From Parvularculaceae bacterium (GTDB lineage Bacteria > Pseudomonadota > Alphaproteobacteria > Caulobacterales > Parvularculaceae), in contig JAJFFW010000041.1 in NCBI GenBank assembly GCA_021776435.1, forward strand, positions 6,351-70,350: a stretch of DNA of 64,000 nt. Direction: 5' to 3'. Each line of letters opens with the position of its first letter. The stretch's first letter is position 1. Positions 35,631-42,033 of this stretch are shown here, one piece after another. The translations under genes were made by a program, and so were the position numbers. The notes beneath the pieces were generated by a model. The model was not told the origin of the DNA, did no database searches, and saw only the letters and a list, made by a program, of their open reading frames with translations.

Positions 35631-37486
35631 CAGCTTTGCTCAACATATGGTTTGCGTGTCTCGCCGAGCGACGCAAGCCAGAAAATGAATAGCACCATGA
35701 GTAAGAATAGCACTGTCACGATTGTCATCATGTTGCCCGCATAACCGATCGTCGGAATAAAATTATCAGGTGAGGCGTCCTTAAGAACACCATAAACGTG
35801 CCAGTGTCCGCGGACAGATGACCGGACATACCCCATCAACGCCATCAACCAGGTGAATGCTACCGGCAAAGCAAACAATGCGTATTGCGAGCGTTCGCTA
35901 ACTTGCCCCCAACGTGAGGGTAAAATCTTTGCGTTCCGATACATGAAAGAGTCGAGGATGACGCCGCTGATGATGACGAACAGTGTCGAGACCACCTGGA
36001 TCACGCTCGCTCCCACTTTGTAAACCGTGTTGGTGAAGTAGCCGTAATAAACGCCAGCGAAAATAACGTTGATAATCGCCACCAGATAGATCGCTGTCAT
36101 CAAGGCGTTGCCTGATTTTTCCCACGACACCGTCGCCACCTTGTCTGACCGCCTATAGAGCTGAAAAGAGAGGAAGGTGCAGATGAGCATCAAGTTCACG
36201 GCGATGTTCTTGGCGGGCATGATGCCTAGCGGTCCGAGAATATGATGGTGGCTGCCGCCGAGTGTGGCGATTTCGTCGGAAGACAAAATGAGCGTGTGCG
36301 GAGTGACCCAGACCAGAAAGCCCAGAACCAACACTCCCGCGATGTATTTGATAATCCAGTCGTATCGCTTCGAACCTTCCGAGCGCGACATGCCCGACCA
36401 CAGATAATAATTGGCGGCCAGCAAAATTGTACCGATCAAAACCGCCTGAACGATGAATAGCCAGGCGAGAATTCCGCCCATCGCGGTGATCCCCATCTGC
36501 TGTGAATACGCGTAAATTTCGGCCATCAACCAATACCCAGCGAAGGGCAGAGGCAGGAGCGCCAGAACAGCAATGAAATTGGCTGTGTAGCCCATCCAGT
36601 CGTAATGGGCTTTGTCCGCCTTCGTCGTTGAACTTAAAAATTTAAAAGCCGCATAAGCGCCCACCATTGCCCCGCCGAAGGCGATGTTGGCGATGAACCG
36701 ATGCAAATTGAGCGGGTTCCACAAGGGGCCCCTCATGATTTCCCAGATTCCGCCGGTCACGACACCAGCCTCGGTGACGCCGCTCGGCGCCATGGTGAAG
36801 GTGGCCCAGGAATTGGCGATGAAAAGCAAGCTCGTCCCAACGGCGTTGAGCAGTAGACCGAGCGTTAAATGGAGCCATTTGCCGTTGCCTGAGCTGAGGC
36901 GGCGCCAACTGTAGTAATAGATGTAAAGTAGCGTGCTCTCGGCAAAGAAAAGACCTGCATAGACTAACACCTGCGATCCAAAAACGCGCATTAAGAAGGC
37001 CATGAATCCGGGATAGAGAAGGAAGAGAACAAAAGACAGCGTGCCGCCTAAAAGCGCCGTTATGGAATAGGCGGTCAGGCTGATCTTCATGAACTCGTGC
37101 GCCATGTCGTCATATCGTCGATCGTGAGTGGTTTGCCCGATCCATTCGATGACGACGACAAAGAGTGGTACAGCGAGAACAAAGGCTGCGAAGAACAGAT
37201 GCAGTTGCGCCACCACCCATACGACCGATCGACTACTAACACCAATGTTCGGATAATCTCTCGGGCCAAGCTTCGGGGCGCCGACACTTTCCTCTGTCAC
37301 CGGAGGTGAGGTCAGATCTTGATCTGTGATGCCGGACGAGATCAACGTATCACTCGCCTGAGCCTCGACAGACCCCGCAGCCACTGCGGCTAGCAGAAAA
37401 ATTGCAAGCACAGCCCAAAACCGAAGACCGGGACGTGTCAAGCCTGTGCGCCACGTTGGCATTAATTTCTCCTTGAACATCATCAT
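35630..37486 (-). CDS. cytochrome bd-like oxidase subunit I (CydA) homolog, extended, without Q-loop
   Basis: Many TM helices (I estimate about 14). CydA-like motifs 'VAQLHLFFAAF' (His19-type), 'FFAESTLLYIYYYSW' (Glu99/Glu107 region), 'IANSWATFTMAPSG' (compare 'ANGWMQNP'), 'NPLNLHRFIANIAFGG'. Only a short loop where CydA has the Q-loop. No cydB nearby. First ATG at 37486; the ORF track begins at a TTG at 37489. Confidence 0.75.
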   Translation of the reverse strand: MMMFKEKLMPTWRTGLTRPGLRFWAVLAIFLLAAVAAGSVEAQASDTLISSGITDQDLTSPPVTEESVGAPKLGPRDYPNIGVSSRSVVWVVAQLHLFFAAFVLAVPLFVVVIEWIGQTTHDRRYDDMAHEFMKISLTAYSITALLGGTLSFVLFLLYPGFMAFLMRVFGSQVLVYAGLFFAESTLLYIYYYSWRRLSSGNGKWLHLTLGLLLNAVGTSLLFIANSWATFTMAPSGVTEAGVVTGGIWEIMRGPLWNPLNLHRFIANIAFGGAMVGAYAAFKFLSSTTKADKAHYDWMGYTANFIAVLALLPLPFAGYWLMAEIYAYSQQMGITAMGGILAWLFIVQAVLIGTILLAANYYLWSGMSRSEGSKRYDWIIKYIAGVLVLGFLVWVTPHTLILSSDEIATLGGSHHHILGPLGIMPAKNIAVNLMLICTFLSFQLYRRSDKVATVSWEKSGNALMTAIYLVAIINVIFAGVYYGYFTNTVYKVGASVIQVVSTLFVIISGVILDSFMYRNAKILPSRWGQVSERSQYALFALPVAFTWLMALMGYVRSSVRGHWHVYGVLKDASPDNFIPTIGYAGNMMTIVTVLFLLMVLFIFWLASLGETRKPYVEQS

Positions 37487-37617
37487 CAAGCTGGTTGTAA
37501 GATCCAGTTGAGTGGCAATCCCTGGCCTGCCATTATCGCTTGATCAATCGCGTAGAAAACTGCGGCGGTGGCCGTCAAGACAACGATCCAGATTATCAGT
37601 GAGCGACGCTCCTTCAT
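37486..37617 (-). CDS. 43-aa single-TM micro-protein, translationally coupled to the bd-like gene
   Basis: My own translation: MKERRSLIIWIVVLTATAAVFYAIDQAIMAGQGLPLNWILQPA. AAGGGA SD upstream. Its TGA stop overlaps the bd-like ATG (TGATG). Below the ORF-track size cut-off. Confidence 0.5.
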   Translation of the reverse strand: MKERRSLIIWIVVLTATAAVFYAIDQAIMAGQGLPLNWILQPA

Positions 37618-37640
37618 GGCCTATCATATCCCTTAGCTGG

Positions 37641-37814
37641 TTACGTTACGTGCGGAGCCACGCCGTGCGGGAAGATTGTCAGCCACCAGAAGAAGGCCAT
37701 AACTGCTATCAGCGCGCCGCCGAACAGCCATGGACCGGTGCGGTCTCCCTTAACATTTGGCTCATCCGCTCGATCTTCCGACCCATGCGATGATCTTTCC
37801 ATTTCCGGCGGCAT
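37641..37814 (-). CDS. 57-aa single-TM micro-protein, first gene of the minus-strand operon
   Basis: My own translation: MPPEMERSSHGSEDRADEPNVKGDRTGPWLFGGALIAVMAFFWWLTIFPHGVAPHVT. Lies 23 nt upstream of the next ORF. Confidence 0.45.
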   Translation of the reverse strand: MPPEMERSSHGSEDRADEPNVKGDRTGPWLFGGALIAVMAFFWWLTIFPHGVAPHVT

Positions 37815-37984
37815 AGCGGCTCCCTTTTCAATTTCTAACTGGGTATTCGATCAAATTTCAGCGATCGATCGAGCTTCCTCTTTTTTACCCCGCCAACGCT
37901 CTGTAAACGGCCGACATATCTGCATTGACCAGCTTGGATCGCGGTGGTTGAGACGGTTTTCCGGCGATGTTGAGCGATCTATTA

Positions 37985-37999
37985 GCAACTTCCAGGCCA
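37985..37999 (-). promoter_or_regulatory. candidate sigma54 promoter (minus strand)
   Basis: The minus strand reads cTGGCCTGGAAGTTGCt. GG and GC have the correct 12-nt register. About 170 nt upstream of the ATG at 37814. Confidence 0.5.
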
Positions 38000-38062
38000 G
38001 ATGATTGATAAGCGAAAATTGATGATTTTGATGCGTTCGAGCGCCGTCGCTATTGAATGCAA

Positions 38063-38079
38063 TTGAATGAATTATTCAA
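38063..38079. promoter_or_regulatory. 17-bp palindrome, candidate enhancer (bEBP) site shared by divergent promoters
   Basis: TTGAATGAATTATTCAA (extends to ATTGAAT-N5-ATTCAAT). An extra half-site TTGAAT lies at 38053-38058. Confidence 0.5.
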
Positions 38080-38205
38080 TTTCTGGGTAGGGCGTCGATA
38101 CATTGAACGAACTATTCCCACACGACACTTTGCGCCTTGTTCCAACTGGCGGATAAAACCTTGAGTCTGGAGCGCCAGGATGCGGCGGCAGAGGCAATGT
38201 TGGGT

Positions 38206-38220
38206 TGGCACGATTACTGC
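38206..38220 (+). promoter_or_regulatory. candidate sigma54 promoter (plus strand)
   Basis: tTGGCACGATTACTGCt. TGGCAC is exact and the -12 element is CTGC. Confidence 0.55.
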
Positions 38221-38357
38221 TCAAAGAGCCATGAAAAAAGAGCCGTGAAGACTGATCTAAGAGCGCCGACCTGCCAAACAAGCCAAGAGAATTCGACTTC
38301 ACAATGTTCGGCGCAAAGCCGGTAAGAGTTTTCGTTTCCTCGTTAGAAGAACCAAAC

Positions 38358-38501
38358 ATGAGCCAAATAGCCGAGAGTCAAATTGAACAACGACGCTCAA
38401 CGTGGCGTAACAAACTCTTTGATCTTTTTATCCTTTCGGGCCTGACAATGAATCTCATCGTTATTGGATGGCTCGTTGGATACTGGGTCCTGCACATATG
38501 A
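38358..38501 (+). CDS. 47-aa single-TM micro-protein
   Basis: MSQIAESQIEQRRSTWRNKLFDLFILSGLTMNLIVIGWLVGYWVLHI. Internal ATG of the 65-aa ORF-track entry. First ORF after the plus-strand sigma54 promoter. Confidence 0.4.
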   Translation: MSQIAESQIEQRRSTWRNKLFDLFILSGLTMNLIVIGWLVGYWVLHI

Positions 38502-38545
38502 TGGCTGCTGAAATCCGAATTCGAAATAAAAGTGAGACCTAAGCG

Positions 38546-40738
38546 ATGGCTCAACCTTTAGAGAACGAAGCAAGTGCCCTTGGAAAAGATGAGAAGGGCG
38601 GAAAACTCGACCTTCCCTCATATGCTTCGGTCTTGGTCGCCGTCGATGCTTCTGACCACGCCAATCGAGCGACCGTAGAGGCGGCGGCGATTGCCAAGGC
38701 ATTTGACGCTCGCATGACGGCGACTCACGTCTATGCAGCGAAACTTCATGATCTGCGGTTTCGGCAGATGGAGGGTGGGCTTCCCGAACAGTTCCGCGAG
38801 GAGAGCGAATTGGAGCGTCAACGGGATGTCCATGACGATCTTATCACCCGCGGACTCTCGATCATCACGGACTCTTATCTCGATCACGCCGCGCGTGTCT
38901 GTGAGCAAACCGGGGTCAACTTTGAGCGTCGGTCACTCGAAGGCAAGAATTATCGAGCTTTGGTCGCAGAGACGAACTCAGGTGATTATGATCTTTTAAT
39001 CATCGGCTCTTTAGGGTTGGGTGCGGTGCCTGGAAATACACTGGGGTCAGTCTGCGATCGAGTGGCGCGCCGAACTAATATCGACACACTGGTGATCAAA
39101 GATACGATCCGTCCGCTCGCCGATGGACCGATCGTTGTCGCCATTGACGGATCGTCTCGTGCTTATGGCGGTCTCATGACAGCGCTTGCTCTGGCTGAAT
39201 GCTGGCGTGTTCCAGTCGAGGTGATTGCCGCCTTCGATCCCTATTATCATTATGTCGCCTTCAACCGTATCGCCGGCGTGTTGTCCGAAGAAGCGGGCAA
39301 GGTGTTTCGCTTTGAAGAGCAAGAACAGCTGCACGAGGAGATCATCGATTCCGGTCTCGCCAAAATCTATCAGGGCCATCTGAGCGTCGCCCGCCAGATT
39401 GCCGACGAGTATGACGTCCAATTGAAGACGACGCTTCTCGATGGCAAACCGCATGCCGCCATCGAAAAATATCTCACTAGGGCGAAACCTTCCCTCCTCG
39501 TGGTCGGTAAGGTGGGCATCCATGCTGATCCCGATCTCGACATCGGCGGTACGACAGAAAATTTGTTGCGCAATGCCGCCTGCTCGATTCTGCTCAGTCA
39601 ACGCGAACATAAGCCCCGCATCGACCTGATCGCGGCCGAAACCATTTCCTGGACCAAAGAGGCCGAACAAAGAATGGAAGCCGTGCCTTCTTTCGTTTCT
39701 TCGATGGCGAGAATGGCGATCTTGCGCTACGCGCAGGATAAAGGGCACACCGTGATCACCGAGCGGATCGTTGAGGAAGCCACCGCCAAGTTGATGCCGC
39801 ACCGCGCCGAAGAGACCATGCGCCAGATCGTCGAAGCCCACGATGATGGCAAACTTGATTCACTAAATCCCGAGATCGAGACGCCAGGCTGGTCGGATGA
39901 AGCGATTGGGCTCTTATCGGAAATCGAGAGCTCTTCGACACGGGACAATGTCGCCAAGCGAGCTGAGAAGAAGGCGCGCCAGCAAGGTCAGCCCATTGTC
40001 CTCGTGGCGCATGTTATGGACTTTCTAGAATCCTCTTATGTTGAAGTGGCGCCGTTGCATTGGACGGCTCCGGCGCTCGCACGCCTCATGAAAGTCCCCG
40101 CTGGTATAATGCGCGACGGCGTGAAGGCGCGGGTTGAGGACTATGCGCGGCGCGAAGACCTGCACGAGATTACTCTCCACATCACCGAAATCGGATTGAC
40201 CGAAGCGCGCAGTGAGATGGAAACGATGGCGGCGGGCAGCGCTTCGCAGTCAGCGACTGGAAGTTTTCCACAGAAAGCAAGTAAATGTCCGTTTGCGGAT
40301 AGTGTGCAAAATGACGAATTATCTGTGCCGCCCCCTGACGCTAATTTCGGCTCTGAATGGACCCCAGAAGCTAAAGCCCGCCTCAACGCCGTGCCGGTCG
40401 GATTCTGTAGAGACATGGTGGTGAAGGCGGCGGAAACCATAGGCGGCGTCAACGGCCTTTCGGAAATCGATTCCGAGTTTGTTAAGCAATTGCTTCGCAC
40501 ATTCCGAACTGGGGCGGAGGGCGTAAGCGAGGCTCTGCCTTGGGATGCAGATGCGAGGATTCGAGTCTCCCGAGCCCCGAAGATGGTCCGCGGTATGTTG
40601 ATTCGTGAGATCGAAAATTGGACCCGGCGTCACGGGCGCGACAGCGTCGATGAAGCGGCGGTGGACTCAGTCAAGGATCAATGGATGAAGCGCGGATTTT
40701 TTCATCTCGACCCCAGCGATCCGAGGAGCGGGCTCTAA
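38546..40738 (+). CDS. tandem universal-stress-protein (USP) domains fused to five PCP_red-like modules
   Basis: 730 aa. Two USP folds ('VLVAVDASDHANRA...LLIIGSLGLGAVPGNTLGSVCDRVARR', 'IVVAIDGSSRAY...LLVVGKVGIH...GGTTENLLRNAACSILL'). Then five modules of about 45 aa beginning 'W[TSD]xxA...(V/A)P' (for example 'WTKEAEQRMEAVPSFVSSMARMAILRYA'). Confidence 0.75.
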   Translation: MAQPLENEASALGKDEKGGKLDLPSYASVLVAVDASDHANRATVEAAAIAKAFDARMTATHVYAAKLHDLRFRQMEGGLPEQFREESELERQRDVHDDLITRGLSIITDSYLDHAARVCEQTGVNFERRSLEGKNYRALVAETNSGDYDLLIIGSLGLGAVPGNTLGSVCDRVARRTNIDTLVIKDTIRPLADGPIVVAIDGSSRAYGGLMTALALAECWRVPVEVIAAFDPYYHYVAFNRIAGVLSEEAGKVFRFEEQEQLHEEIIDSGLAKIYQGHLSVARQIADEYDVQLKTTLLDGKPHAAIEKYLTRAKPSLLVVGKVGIHADPDLDIGGTTENLLRNAACSILLSQREHKPRIDLIAAETISWTKEAEQRMEAVPSFVSSMARMAILRYAQDKGHTVITERIVEEATAKLMPHRAEETMRQIVEAHDDGKLDSLNPEIETPGWSDEAIGLLSEIESSSTRDNVAKRAEKKARQQGQPIVLVAHVMDFLESSYVEVAPLHWTAPALARLMKVPAGIMRDGVKARVEDYARREDLHEITLHITEIGLTEARSEMETMAAGSASQSATGSFPQKASKCPFADSVQNDELSVPPPDANFGSEWTPEAKARLNAVPVGFCRDMVVKAAETIGGVNGLSEIDSEFVKQLLRTFRTGAEGVSEALPWDADARIRVSRAPKMVRGMLIREIENWTRRHGRDSVDEAAVDSVKDQWMKRGFFHLDPSDPRSGL

Positions 40739-40773
40739 CCGACTTGACGCAACGAATGAAAGGCGGCCGGTCG

Positions 40774-42033
40774 ATGAACACATTGCTGTTACTGGCGATC
40801 AACCTGACACGACGTTGCAATCTGGCGTGTACGCACTGTTATCTGGATGCGGAGACGCTGAGCCGCGCTGCTCCAGACGAGTTGACGACGCAAGAAGTTT
40901 GCGACTTACTCGATGCGATCGCAAAGCGTGGTGATGAGACCATGGTCGTGCTGACCGGTGGCGAACCCCTCGTGCGCGCCGATCTGGAAACCCTAATTGG
41001 TCACGGCGCCAGACGCGGACTTGCCGTCGTCGTAGGAACCAACGGAACCCTCTTGACCGAGCGGCGTGTCTTGTCACTGAAGAAGGCTGGCGCGCTCGGC
41101 GTTGGCATCAGCCTCGACTCGCTCGACGCAGAAATTCACGACGACTTCAGGGGTAAGCCAGGGGCTTGGGAGAGAACCATGAGCGGGATCGAGGCCTGTC
41201 GTCGCCATGATCTGTCGTTTCAGATCCACTTCACGGTTACAGAGCGCACGGTCGGCGAGATTGATGCTATAATTGAATTCTCCAGGGGCGTCGGCGCCCG
41301 CGTGCTCAATGTCTTCTTCCTAATTTGTACCGGGCGCGCTGAGTCGATTTCCGACCTTGCACCGAAGCGCTACGAGGAAGTGCTCAGGCAGCTGATCGAG
41401 GCTCAAGAACACAACCCCGACCTCATCATTCGGCCGCGATGTGCGCCGCATTCAAAGCGCATCGCCCATCAAAGAGACCCAGACAGCCAGGTCAATCAAA
41501 TTAGCGGCAGGGACGGTGATGGTTGTATCGCTGCAACGCATTACTGCCGCATTACAGCAACGGGGGGTGTGACCGCATGTCCTTATATCGCCGAAGAGGC
41601 CGGTAATATTCGCACACGGCCATTCCTTGAAATCTGGGAACAGGCGCCGGAATTCGGTGCATTGCGCCAGCCGACATTGGAGGGCGCCTGCGGGGTTTGT
41701 GAATATAAGTTGTTGTGCGGTGGATGCCGGGCGCGGCCACAGGCAGCGGGTGAGGGTCTGATGGGCGCTGATAATCTGTGCACCTATTCGCCTCGCGGTG
41801 CAGCGGTAATCGAACCCTTGGCTGATCAAGTTCTGGCCAAAATCACCTGGAGCACGGACGCCGCCGGGCGGTTGTCGAATGTGCCGTCATTCTTGCGCGG
41901 CCTTGTTCGCCGGCGGGCCGAGGCTTATGTCGCGGGTCGTGGAGAATCGCAGGTGACGATCGAACATTTGTCGGAATTGACCGCTCGGCGCTTTGGCGCC
42001 GGCGGCCCGCGCAATCCGGGAGCCCGGATATGA
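40774..42033 (+). CDS. radical SAM/SPASM enzyme, AhbD/NirJ-like (tetrapyrrole-modifying family), with C-terminal PCP_red-like module
   Basis: 'LTRRCNLACTHCY' (CX3CX2C), 'VLTGGEPL', SPASM Cys cluster 'CPYI...ACGVCEYKLLCGGCRARP'. C-terminal 'WSTDAAGRLSNVPSFLRGLVRRRAEAYV'. Alternative ATG at 40756; the ORF-track start at 40681 overlaps the upstream gene. Confidence 0.75.
   Translation: MNTLLLLAINLTRRCNLACTHCYLDAETLSRAAPDELTTQEVCDLLDAIAKRGDETMVVLTGGEPLVRADLETLIGHGARRGLAVVVGTNGTLLTERRVLSLKKAGALGVGISLDSLDAEIHDDFRGKPGAWERTMSGIEACRRHDLSFQIHFTVTERTVGEIDAIIEFSRGVGARVLNVFFLICTGRAESISDLAPKRYEEVLRQLIEAQEHNPDLIIRPRCAPHSKRIAHQRDPDSQVNQISGRDGDGCIAATHYCRITATGGVTACPYIAEEAGNIRTRPFLEIWEQAPEFGALRQPTLEGACGVCEYKLLCGGCRARPQAAGEGLMGADNLCTYSPRGAAVIEPLADQVLAKITWSTDAAGRLSNVPSFLRGLVRRRAEAYVAGRGESQVTIEHLSELTARRFGAGGPRNPGARI

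Noticed and set aside
38005-38032. Three TTGAT motifs considered as FNR boxes or an IHF site between the divergent sigma54 promoters.
   Set aside because: They are direct rather than inverted repeats, so there is no TTGAT-N4-ATCAA. None fits WATCAA-N4-TTR. They are mentioned only as context in the promoter finding.
38072-38359. 95-aa minus-strand and 62-aa plus-strand ORFs in the divergent control region.
   Set aside because: They overlap each other and the predicted promoters and palindrome. They have no SD and low-complexity translations.
40681-40773. N-terminal extension of the radical SAM ORF as given in the ORF track.
   Set aside because: It would overlap the last 58 nt of the upstream gene. 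The conserved radical SAM N-terminus starts right after the ATGs at 40756 and 40774.
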